Origin: Azolla caroliniana
Lineage: Eukaryota; Plantae; Polypodiophyta
Direction: 5' to 3'
Length of the DNA: 64,000 bases
Assembly: GCA_043228905.1 (NCBI GenBank)
Contig: JBHGNT010000016.1
Coordinates: 8,804,001-8,868,000, forward strand
Positions 1 through 11,464 of the stretch are shown piece after piece. Position numbers and translations under genes: made by a program. The notes below the pieces were generated by a model. The model made no database searches. It saw nothing but the letters and a program-made list of their open reading frames with translations, and was not told the DNA's origin. How positions within the stretch are numbered: position 1 is the first letter of the stretch; each line of letters starts with the position of its first letter.

Positions 1-19
1 CTAGACTATAGGTTGGCAA

Positions 20-272
20 TAGCTAATTAGCTACATCTTAGGTAATTAGCTATTCTTCTTAAATATGGTAGTAGCTAATTAGCTACCACTTTTGATATTG
101 CTTAGCATTAGTTGCTCGACCATAGATTTGCAGTAGCTAATTAGCTACATCTTGGCTAATTAACTAATATCTAGGTTGTAGTTAATTAGCTACTACACTA
201 TAGAACCATAAGCTAAATAGCTACCACACTTTATACGGCTTAGCTAATTAGCTAAGATGTAACTAATTAGCT
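20..272. repeat. Cluster of about 9 copies of the palindromic 14-mer TAGCTAATTAGCTA (subterminal-repeat-like array)
   Basis: Exact or 1-2-mismatch copies start near 20, 40, 72, 135, 153, 179, 210, 241 and 259; the same motif recurs at about 8087-8126. Confidence 0.8.
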
Positions 273-1167
273 ACTACACTATAGAGACAAGCAACAATTT
301 CACCTGTCGGTTTTCTTCACTCATCTGGGAGAGTTGTATTGCAATCCCCCAAACAAACTACAACAATGTCATAGGCATATTGAAAACAAACGATATGGTC
401 TGTGTGCTAGCAGTTTTGTCCCTACCCCTAAGCCGCAAGCAATGCAATGTGCTTGAACAACCAATATATCATTGCTTGGTTCTCCTTCGTTTGGTAAGGG
501 AGCAAGAATGTTGAGGTCCAATTATTCTATGTTCTTTACCATCCCCTCCACAAAATGTAGCTGCTTCTTAAGGCAGCTAACTACCTGTTCTTGACGGGAG
601 TATTGTTCCTAGAACATAGCCAAGAAATTACCCATTTATCATTCCTTAATAAGGACGATAGAAGAACAAGAAAGAAGAATAATTAACTTAATTGGAGGTT
701 CTCCAAATTGTAATCAACGATAGTATTTACACCTAGAAGGTCCAGGTTCATTGAAAGATTTTGGATCTCGGTCTGTAGTTATATTTTCCGCTAGGGATCC
801 AGCGACCCCTCAATTTCGAGTTCATGTTGAGCAACCTGTTCCAGATAATGCCTCATTAAGCACATTTTCATGTACAAGTTATTTATAACATGTTACATAC
901 TAGCAAAACAATAGAGACATAGGCTTCATGGACATTTTTTAGCTTATAGCTAATCAATGTCTCACCTGTATCATCGACATTGCCTTTCATTGTGTTTCGG
1001 TGTGGTGTATACTTGCGGGTTTATTGGGAGTCAGCAGTTGCATCATCAACTGTCATGCTCCAAAATCTTGCCATTTTTTGATGCAAGATCCCCATCTTCC
1101 GGCATCATTCTACCGATGCCTCACCATAAATAGCCCAAGCTACCCTATACATTTCAGGGTCCGTTGT

Positions 1168-1610
1168 TGTCATGATATGGCAAGGCTCGAACCCATGACC
1201 TTATGTTATATGGGTCGAGCTCTTGACCATTATACCATCTATTGTAATACATAAGATATTATTTTCATTTAAGTTTTATTATAGGAAATTAATGTATATT
1301 CTAGATTTCTTTGGAACATTCTAGAAGCTTCAGGATTACTCTTAAGAACACTGTAAAAGAAGGCACTAGGCATTATGTTGAACCAAATTGGTTCAACACC
1401 AGTCTTAAGCCTCTTAGCCATTTTGTACTTATCCTTCACATAATATATTAGTTGTTATCATCATCTCTCTCTCTCTCTTTCTCGCTATCTCTCTTCTCTC
1501 TTCTCTGTCTCTCTCTCTTGGGAATCTTACGCAGTCCCGTCCTCTTAGTACTAATAGTACTTCTCTTCTTTAGTACTAATTCCCTCTCAACTTTAGTACT
1601 ATTCTTGACA
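1168..1610 (+). repeat. 5' LTR of G1
   Basis: Direct repeat of 6408-6850, TG..CA ends, TATA-like box at about 1352, CT-rich U5. Confidence 0.95.
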
Positions 1611-1679
1611 GTTTGAACCAATTTTCTCCTCCAGCCTACTTGTTGTTCTCCCTCATCCTCCTATCGTTTTCCCTATACT

Positions 1680-2849
1680 ATGGCTATTATTAGCGCCCAA
1701 GAATATCAATCCGTTTTCTCCGAGCTATAGGGCCTAAAAGAAAAATTTGTTGCCTTGGAACAAGAAAACCAACGGATAATAGGGGATCTGCAACAAATCG
1801 CTCTAGAAAAACAACAAATGCACCAACAACATGGGGAGTTAGCGTTACAGGTACAACAACTCGAAGCAGCATTACAATGAGGATCAAGTCCCCAAGGATT
1901 TCATAAAGAGCCGAAGATTGGACTTCCTGTGAAATTTGATGGAACGCGATTGCAATTCAAGGGATTCCTTAATCAGGTACGATTAGTTATCCAAATGCAT
2001 CCTTCCCGATACCCCACTGATGCATCCCGAGTCGGCCTAATAGGCACGTTGCTTAGCGGCTCAACCTTACCATGGTTCGCTCCGCTTCTAGAAAAACAAT
2101 CGCCCTTGCTTAATAACTTTGAAGATTTTATTAGTGAGTTTAAAGCCTGCTTTGGAGACACCGACAGCATCAGGACGGCGATCAACAAGATCTGACGATT
2201 GCGTCAACGCGATCGTCCAGCCTCTGCCTACGCGGTGGATTTCCATCTACTCGCCTCCGATATTCCCTGGGATGATCAGGTACTAATTGAGCAATTTCGC
2301 TACGGCCTACGAAACGATGTAAAAGATTTACTTTTAACCTTCCCCGAAGAACCAAAATCTCTTACGGAGGAAATTAGTCGAGCGGTCCGATGTGACAACC
2401 GCCTTTTCAAACGGCGTTCCGAACGTCAATTACAAATACCACGCTCTATGCCGGAGCCCACATACACCTCAGTCGCGGCTAAAGCATTCGCACACGATGT
2501 ACCCCAAGCAAATACTCCGACACCGATGGAGATTGACACCATGCATCGACGTGGCCCGTTATCGGAAGAAGAAAAGCAACGACGTCGTGCAAATCGATTA
2601 TGTCTGTATTGCGGTGGACCAGGGCATATCGCAATCAATTGTCCCCATAGGCCAAGAAGACAAGTAAATCAAATCGTAGCCTGTACTAAACCTGAGTCAA
2701 GTTTTCCCTTAGGAGTGTCTGATAGTATTAATAGTACCAATAGACTGTCTAATAGTATTAATAGTACTAATAGCCCAAGTATCTCAAACAAATTTGAAAT
2801 CCTTAGTCAATTAGATGAAGAGTTAAACGATTGAGTCTAGCCAAAATAG
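1680..2849 (+). pseudogene. gag: gag of G1 (sushi/PEG10-like capsid, CCHC knuckle), interrupted by stops
   Basis: ATG 1680; ORFs 1929-2195 and 2199-2834 in one frame; PMEID motif and CLYCGGPGHIAINC zinc knuckle. Confidence 0.9.
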
Positions 2850-5800
2850 GAGCCATTTGGTTGGACAACCCTTGATCTGTACAACCCATTAGTGGTTCCA
2901 TTCCCTCCAAGCAAGTTAGCAATGTGTTCCTAGCCCAAGTCATGGTTAGTACTAAAAGTACTCCCCTAGTACAAGTCCTAGCACTTTTAGATTCCGGAGC
3001 CAATTCCTGTTTCATGGATCGAAATTTTGCCCAAGCTTCTCAGATATCCTTAAGAAAATTTCCTTGCCCTGCATATGTGGTAGTCATTGATGGTCGTCCC
3101 ATTGCTTCCGGGAAAATTGTAGAGGAGTCAAGACCCATTCAGGTTGTCCTAGGTAGTTTTGTGTGTAGTATCCTTTAATATTATTAGTAGTCCAGAGCAT
3201 CCCATTGTTTTGGGATTACCTTGGTTTCAACTACATAATCCAGACATAGATTGGAGAACAAGAGAAGTCCGATATCGACAACCCCAAGAATCTACTCATC
3301 GAGTTTCGACCATTTCATTACGTCAACTACGCGAAGAAGGACACAAGGAGGCAATGTTCCTATTTGCCATATCAATCATCCTTCTAGCAATATTAAGGAG
3401 GAACCCTTAGTGCAACTTCCGGCGAAATATCATCCTTATGCGAACGTATTTGACAAGGTAAAAGCCAGTACTCTTCCTCATCATTGTCCCTATGATTGTC
3501 CCATCGATTTACAACCAGGAGCAGAGCCACCATGGGGATCAATCTACAACTTGTCACCCACCGAGTTAGAAGTCCTTCAAGACTACATAGAGGAGAACTT
3601 ACCAAGCGGGTTTATTCGTCATTCGAAATCTCTGGCCGAAGCACCCATCTTCTTTGTCAAGAAGAAAGATGGCTCACTTCGTCTTGTCGTTGATTACCGC
3701 GGCTTAAATAAGGTCACCATCTGGAATAGGTATGCACTTCCTCTTATATCAAGTCTTTTAGAGCGAGTTAATGGTGCCCAGTTTTTTACAAAAATCGATC
3801 TATGAGGAGCGTATAACCTCGTGCGGATCCGACCGGGAGATGAATGGAAGACCGCCTTTCGCACGCGGTATGGGCATTTCGAATATATTGTTATGCCGTT
3901 CGGTCTAACCAATGCACCTGCAGTCTTCCAACACATGGCAAATTATATATTCAGAGACCTCTTGGATATCTGTTTGATCATCTATTTGGATGATCTATTG
4001 ATTTATTCGAAGACCCAAGAAGAGCACGATTCTCATGTACTATTAGTACTAAACCGACTCCGCGAGAATGGTCTTTATGCCAAGCTAGAAAAATGTAGCT
4101 TCGACTGCAAGCAAGTGGAATTTCTAGGCTACATTATCTCCTCAAAGGGCATCTCCATGGATCCAGCTAAAGTCCAAACTGTGCTAGAGTGGCAAATTCC
4201 ACCGTCAATACGAGATGTACAATGTTTTCTAGGTTTTGCTAACTTCTACCGCAAGTTTACACAAGATTACTTGAAGATTATTTTACCTCTCACACAACTT
4301 ACGAAGAAGGGACAAGCATTTCTTTGGTCCAATGAAGCAGACATAGCTTTTCGGCATCTTAAGAAAGCCTTTACATCAGCACCTATTCTAGCCCATGTGG
4401 ATACAAGCAAACCATTCATCATGGAGGCCGACGCATCAGATTTCACCCTTCGTAGCATCCTTTCTCAACAAGGAGATAAAGAAGAGTTACATCATGTGGC
4501 TTTCCATTCGCGCAAATTCGATGTTGCGGAAATCAACTACGAAATACATGACAAGGAGTTATTAGCCATCGTGGATTCATTTGTGCAATGGCGGCATTTT
4601 TTGGAGGGCTCTCCACATCAGGTCTTCGTCTTCAGTGATCACAAGAATCTTTCTTATCTCCAGAACATTTGTGTGCTAAATCGACGGCAAGCTAGGTGGG
4701 CTCAATTCCTCACACGTTTTGATTTCAAAATCGCATATCGACCGGGGAAGCAGCAAGGAAAGGCAGATGCACTATCACGGCGTTCATATCTTGCACCTCG
4801 TCCTGGTGATCCCACGTTCGATAATCAAAAGCAAGTAATCTTGGGACCAACACGATTGCACACAACGCGGATTTTTCACACCCCAATGGATTCCTAGATT
4901 ATCGACACCATACGTGCAAATTTGAAGACGGACAATTTTGCTCAAGACATTCTGGCACACATTGATACCTCTCGGGCATCCTGTTCCCAGTCTCAGCAAC
5001 CAGGTATGGACTACCGAAAATTCGAATATCATGATGGTTTGTTATTCTTTAAAAAGCTTGTATATGTCCCCGATTGCTCCTGTCGCCTTCAAATCGTCCA
5101 AAGTTGTCACGACACCCATATGGCGGGACATTTCGGTAGCACTAAGACGTTGGATCTAGTTCAACGATCCTTTTGGTGGCCCCATATGCGACGTTTTGTC
5201 GATGACTACGTTCGGACCTGTGATGCTTGCTGCCGAGCAAAGATGCCACGACATCATCCATATGGCTTGTTCGAACCCTTACCGATTCCAAGTAAGCCGT
5301 GGCAGTCTATTTGTCTTGATTTTATCACAGATCTGCCGGTCTCGAAGGGGTTCAATGCTATCTTAACCGTCGTCTATCGATATACGAAGATCACACATTT
5401 TGTGCCGTGTACTAAGGCCATCACTAGCGAGGAAACCGCCGCCCTTGTCATGTGTGAGGCATTTCGGCATCATGGCCTCCCAGACAATATCATCAATGAC
5501 CGATGACCGCAATTTGTCTCCAAATTTTGGCAGCATCTCTTCAAGATGCTCAAGGTCTCTTGCAACCTCTCCTTCGGCTACCATCCTCAGACCGATGGGC
5601 AGGCGGAACGCACAAACCAAACGTTGGAGCAATATCTCCAGTGTTTCCTGAGTTATCAACAGGACGATTGGGCCGAGATTCTCCACTTTGCGGAGTTTGC
5701 GTATAATAATGCTATTCACTCCTCGACTCGAGTCTCCCCATTCTACGCTTATACCGGTTCTCATCCTCGCTGGTCGGTGATCGACACCCCGGAGCTACCT

Positions 5801-6415
5801 ACCAATCCTTGTGTCGGGGATCATTTGGAGAGACTATGCAAGATCCAGATGGATCTCTCTACTTATCTTCATCATGCTCAACAGACACAGAAGACTTACG
5901 CGGATTGTCATCGGCTTCCCTCCTCTTTTGCCATCGGAGATCGAGTATGGCTTTTACGTCGTCACATCAAGACTACTCGACCATGCGACAAGTTGGATTA
6001 TTGTCGACTCGGTCCTTTCCGTATTACCGGTAAGGTTAATGATGTCACGTTCCGCCTTGATCTTCCTCCGCATCTTCGGATACATCCGGTCTTCCATAGT
6101 TCTCTTCTTGAACCTTATAAAGCAAACACTCTTCCCGATCGTGTTACACCACCGCCGCCCCCACTTGAGTTAGACGACGGCCCGGAGTATGAAGTTGATG
6201 CCATCCTCGACTCCAAATTTGTTTGCAACAAACTTTATTATTTTGTCGATTGGCTCGGCTATAGTCCGAGTGAATGTACTTGGGAACCCGTCGAGCATGT
6301 CACCAATGCTCAGGATCTTCTTGCCGAGTTCCATCGAAAGTATCCGGACAAACCCGGTCCGCAATCAACGCCGACTCGTTCCACTCGTCGCCTTAAGGGG
6401 AAGATAATGTCATGA
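2850..6415 (+). pseudogene. pol: pol of G1: protease, RT, RNase H, integrase, chromodomain; stops and frameshifts
   Basis: ALLDSGA (PR), YLDD (RT), EADASDF/DHKNL (RNase H), HDTHMAGH..CDAC and HPQTDGQAER (IN), EYEVDAILDS..DWLGY..TWEP (chromodomain). Confidence 0.93.
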
Positions 6416-6850
6416 TATGGCAAGACTCGAACCCATGACCTTATGTTATATGGGTCGAGCTCTTGACCATTATACCATCTATTGTAATACGTAGGATATT
6501 ATTTTCATTTAAATTTTATTATAGGAATATAATGTATATTCTAGATTTCTTTGGAACATTCTAGAATCTTCAGGATTACTCCTAAGAACACTATAAAAGA
6601 AGGCACTAGGCATTATGTTGAACCAAATTGGTTCAACGCCAGTCTTAAGCCTCTTAGCCATTTGGTACTTATCCTTCACATAATATATTAGTTGTTATCA
6701 TCATCTCTCTCTCTCTCTTTCTCGCTCTCTCTCTTCTCTCTTCTCTGTCTCTCTCTCTTGGGAATCTTACGCAGTCCCGTCCTCTTAGTTCTAATAGTAC
6801 TTCTCTTCTTTAGTACTAATTCCCTCTCTACTTTAGTACTATTCCTGACA
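6408..6850 (+). repeat. 3' LTR of G1
   Basis: Direct repeat of 1168-1610, immediately after the PPT. Confidence 0.95.
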
Positions 6851-8134
6851 CTTTCTTCCTTCGTTGTTTTGCAATACTCGTATGCAAAAGCTCTCGCGTA
6901 TGCAATAGGCAACTCGTTGATCAGGATCTCTTGATGTACTTTCTGGTGGAGCCTCATGCAGTCGTCATACAGCTCCGGTTGTACATGCTTGAGCTTCACC
7001 TGACCTTTCACTCTGGGTAGTTTATAGACAAACAACCAGTCTACATCACTAATCAATACCCTCTAGAACAGACCATATATGTTGTTAATACCAATCATCA
7101 CTAATATGTTAGAACAACAGGGTTAATACCCTCTAGCGACCGACCATATATGTTGTTAAAGTCCTCTTTTGTCTCGCAAAACTTTGCAAAGTTCAGCACT
7201 CTAGGATATGGAGGAACGAGCCACCTGAAATAAAAAATCAATACATGTTACCCCTGGTCTATTGGGACATGTGTATTTAGAACCATAATTGGTAGGGAAG
7301 AATCAAAAATAAAAAATCAGCCACATTCACCCAAATCCTAAATAAAGTTTGGGGGAAGTTTGCAGACACACAACCATTGAAATCAGAAATGTAAATTAGT
7401 GCAAAATTCCAACACTAAATCTAAAATTTTCAACAGTAATCAGAAATCAACCGCTTAAAAAATCAGAAACCCTATTTAGAAAACTTAATCAAAAACCTTA
7501 ATCAAAAACCCTAATCAAAAACCTTAATAAGAAACCCTAATAAGAAATCAACCGCTTAAGGAAATCAGAAACCCTAATCTAAAATATGTATGAAATCAAC
7601 CCGAATTAGATTTTTTGTCAATCAGAAACACACTTGCTGCTACACCCCGATCTTCAAGACATCCTTATTTGGGACTCCAATGACTTCGCCCTAATCGTTT
7701 TTTATAAAAGATAAATAGGCAACAAAGTTATAATTAATGTGTAACTAATACATACATGGACGAGGATCGAACTGGTGGTGTGTTGTAGCTCTGAAGGTGC
7801 AATGTCGATATCAGAGTTTTTGTGCTACTACGGGAGCTTCGTCTGCGTTCATGCTTAGAGTACTCCATCTGTTTGGATTTCGAACTCAAACTCAGGATTA
7901 ACAGGAATTTGGTGACATTGAAGTCGAGTTTAGATGAGGGCACTGTTCCCCAAGCTCCACTACGACAGAAACCAAAGTTCAAATTTTTGAGTATTCTCAT
8001 AAATTAAATGACATGTATTTAACTAATAAAGCATAAACTTTCGTAAATGATCCTTATGATTTTCCCACACAAAACTAGCTAAACAAATAATTATTAGCTA
8101 TGGTCATTTTACTAGCTAATTAGCTATAATAGTG
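6851..8134 (-). mobile_element. Possible end of a decayed DNA transposon (CACTA-like) interrupted by G1
   Basis: TAGCTAATTAGCTA motif followed by TAGTG (reverse complement of CACTA) ending at 8134; coding-like minus fragment 6851-7056; AAACCCTAAT-like repeats 7467-7580. No recognisable transposase motif. Confidence 0.3.
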
Positions 8135-8151
8135 TTTCCACTCACAAGCTT

Positions 8152-9893
8152 TTACTCTCGTGCTTTGCCAATCTCGTATCTAGCACGTAGGGTGTCCAGT
8201 TCCTCTTTGACAGTCGTGGCGTCACACTCGAGCTTGGCTTTCACGATTTTGAGCGACACGGTAACCACGGCGAGCATTTTCTCCATTACTTCCGTATGTT
8301 GGTCGTAACGTTGATGGAGCCAATCCGAATTCGTAGCTAACTCCTGCAGATAGCGTTCGTGCTCCCGTTCCCAATCTTGTGTCATGGAGATTTGGAGCTA
8401 GTGGAGGGATTCCGACAATGTATATTTGTCCTGCACCGCTTCTTCCAACATTTGAAGTTTGTAGACTGATGAGTTTCGTGTGCTTGTTTTGGAGACTGAA
8501 GAGTTGGTCGTTTGTAATGGTCGCAGCCTGTTCATATCCTTCTTCAATCTCGTGTATTTTAGTCGCAGAAGCCTCGTTTGCTGCCCAAAGAGTCAACGCG
8601 ACATTTTTTCTAGTGTCTTGGAGCTTAGTCGTCTATGCCTTGAGCCGTTGTTGGAGTTCAGCCTCGCGTTTTGGTGCCGCCTCCCGGGTCTTAGTTTGTC
8701 ATTTTCGGCCAATTTTCTACAGCTATGGCTCCTCGTCCGATTCGAGCTCATTGGTGAGCGCTCGCTGGACCATCTGCTGCTCGGCATGTTCCTGGGCCAT
8801 CCGTGTCGTGCTGTAAGATTGCGCCCAACTCATAGGGCTCAACAGGCATGTCCCTGAAGGTCAACACTTCGTCCTCCGAGACCCGGGAAGGTTGCCATTT
8901 CTAGGTTTCCCTGTCAAGGACAACGTCTTGTCTATGACAACGGCGATAGTCTTCTTGGGAGCGATGACCAATTGTAGGTTCTCGTCTAAGGAATCCCTTT
9001 GTTCTTCGTTGTGTCGTTGCAACATGCAGTGTTTCTCGGCGGGGCTCCTGTGGGAGGGTTTCTTTGCGTCTGTTGACTCTTCTTGGAGCCGTTTTGGTTG
9101 CTCCTCAGATGACTGGCTGTTGTTATTTATGGTTGTCTAGGTCTCCTCCTAGCGGTCCTGTCGTGGGCTGGCAATTTTGAGTTTCGGTTTTTCTACTAGG
9201 GTAGATGACTTAGGTTTTTCACACCCCCTTATGGTGAGGTTTTCTTTTGGCTCCTGGGCCCTAGTATTGGTGGTCAGTCATGGCGCAGTGGGAGTTTTGA
9301 CAGGCATATCATCCTACCATTCTTCCTAAGCTAACTGTAAATCTCGTTGTCGTTTCGCCTCGGTGGGGTGCAGTAGTGGATTGGGGGGGTAAAGCATAGA
9401 CAAGTAGTGTGCTAAGGCAAGCAAGAACCGTTTCCCTATCTGGAAAGCCGACAAGCCGGTGTGAAGTCCTTCCCCTATGATGATTCCCCAATGGAGTGCA
9501 ACGCCTCTGTAGGCGGTGATGATTATTCCTATCTTCTTCTGTGGCATGTTGTACGTGTTAGTGCGCACGCAACCGAACTCCAAAAGAAATCTGGCGAGAT
9601 CGCCAAAGAACTTGTTAGGGCCGCCTTGTGTACGATACACCTTTGCCGACATCGAGTACTCCCCGAAATAAGCTTCGAGGATGTTATGAGCGGAGCTTCA
9701 ATGTCGTGGTACCCGCCTCACTGCAGGCCCAACAACGACCGGATCGGGTCGTTGGTGATGGTGTCAGGATGCACGCAACGTCTGATTTCTTGTGCCTCGG
9801 GGTGGGGGTGGGGGTGGGGGTGGGGGTGGGGGTGGGGGGGGGAGGTGCATCTACCACTTTGAGGTATCCTCCCAGGCCGTGCCTGTTCAACAA
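8152..9893 (-). pseudogene. Extra 3' ORF of host H (env-like position): Pro/Thr-rich start, globular region, coiled-coil tail; fragmented
   Basis: Same-strand ORF fragments 9684-9893, 9326-9652, 8593-8787, 8222-8596 and 8152-8385 lie downstream of the integrase; IIITAYRGVALHWGIII segment; E/K/Q-rich helical tail. Confidence 0.5.
9799..9842 (+). repeat. (GGGGGT)n microsatellite, G-quadruplex-competent
   Basis: Seven consecutive G-runs of 4 or more G separated by single T. Confidence 0.9.
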
Positions 9894-11464
9894 GGTGCGG
9901 AGCTCCCTGGAAACTTCGAGCAGATGGTTGCCTCTGGGGATGAAAGGTAAGAAGAGGTTTGAGTGTATTGAGGCTGAGAGTGATAGAGAAAGAAGCCTTC
10001 TTAGCAGGGGCTCCGAGAATGAGAGAGCGAGAGAGCTTGACGGCTATGTGCATATGTGCATGTGTGAGTGTGGTGCTTGTGGTTCCCTACTTTATGTATG
10101 TGCCTTGGTTCTCGAGACATGGCCTTGTGCCCTAGATTCAGAATCTTGCCTGCCATAATAAGGTTTAAAGACCACGCGTCGAAAAACCGTTTGTACTTTC
10201 TTTTCTCGTATTTCGTGCATGCTCTTTAAATACTTAACTTAGTGGGTCTTTTTTTTTCACATAGTATACAATTTTGGATACAATTTCGGGTAGGTAGGGT
10301 AGTTACTGTGATTGGGGTGACCGGCCCCCATGATCCTCCGTTTCACCTACCGTGGGCCCATCGAGGCTATGTTGCTTATCGACGAAAGGATTAGGTGAGG
10401 TATGGCCGAGATACGGTTTTAACCGGAACCCATTGACCCATTTCGGCATGATGTTGCCGGCTAATGTCCCAATCTAGAACATCCCATTAAATTCGTCAAT
10501 GATCCAGAAAGGACCTGTCCATCGGAAATGGAGCTTTCTTGGCATCGATCCGAACCGAGTTTGAAAAACTAGGACCGGTTTACCAATTCCGAATGATTTC
10601 TCAAAGCCCTTCTGATGGCGGTCGATGAAGGCTTTTGGTTTGTGTTGGCCATGTTCTAATTGGGTCAGACTAGTGATCCGAAGCTCTCCGAGTTCAAGTA
10701 ATTGTTTGAGTCATTCCTGCTCTGACTCGGATCAAGAAGTCGTTCGGAGATTTGTACTCGTAAACTCGGTACCTGGAATTCAATAGGCATGAACCCTTCC
10801 AAGCCGAAACCCAGACGAAAAGATGTGAACTTGATACTTGTTTTGAACATCGTGCGATACGCCAAGAGTGCACTATGTAGCTTATCATCCTAATCGGTTC
10901 GATTTTCGTTTACGATCTTCTTGAGGATGTTTTGCAGTGTTTTATTTGTCAACTTGGCCAGGCCATTGGCGTGCGGGTAGTATGACATGATTTTCTTATG
11001 GACCACTGCCTAATGAATTGTGAGTTCCCGTATAATTTTATTGAGGAAATGGCCTCTTTGGTGGTTGATGAACTCGATCGGGCAGCCAAATATGTCCAAG
11101 CAGAGCACCGCTAGAGACAAAAAAACCACATTTCGCAAGGTTCAAACTCATCCAAGATTGTCAACAACGGTCGAGACAGAAGCATAGCTAGTGAAGATGC
11201 TCGGCTTGTTGCCTGTAAACAGCAAAATCATCCAGGAAGACTTACATGAAAGTTAGGATGTAGTCATCGAATTTTTTTAGCTATGATGCATTGGAATGTG
11301 GTTGGTGCCGTCTTTAAGCCAAACATCATCACAACAGCCACAAAAACACCCCATTCTATTACGAATGTTGTCTTTTCTTGGTCGTCAAGGTGCATGTGGA
11401 TTTGATTGTACCCGCGGAATCCGTCTGAAAAGCTATAATGCTCATGGCCTGCCACAAAGTCGAG

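Larger units (their letters stand above)
1168..6850 (+). mobile_element. Full-length decayed Ty3/Gypsy chromovirus (Tcn1/Tf1-sushi-like), element G1
   Basis: 443-bp LTRs 1168-1610 and 6408-6850 (TGTCA..TGACA, about 15 differences by eye); PPT AAGGGGAAGATAA 6395-6407; gag-PR-RT-RH-IN-chromodomain order. No matching TSD (GTTGT vs CTTTC). Confidence 0.95.

Noticed and set aside
1170-1245. Functional tRNA gene on the minus strand
   Set aside because: A and B boxes are present but the acceptor and anticodon stems do not pair convincingly; reported as a tRNA-like module instead.
7467-7580. Telomeric repeat array
   Set aside because: Scattered AAACCCTAAT-like motifs with spacers, not tandem TTTAGGG; typical telo-box-rich leader sequence.
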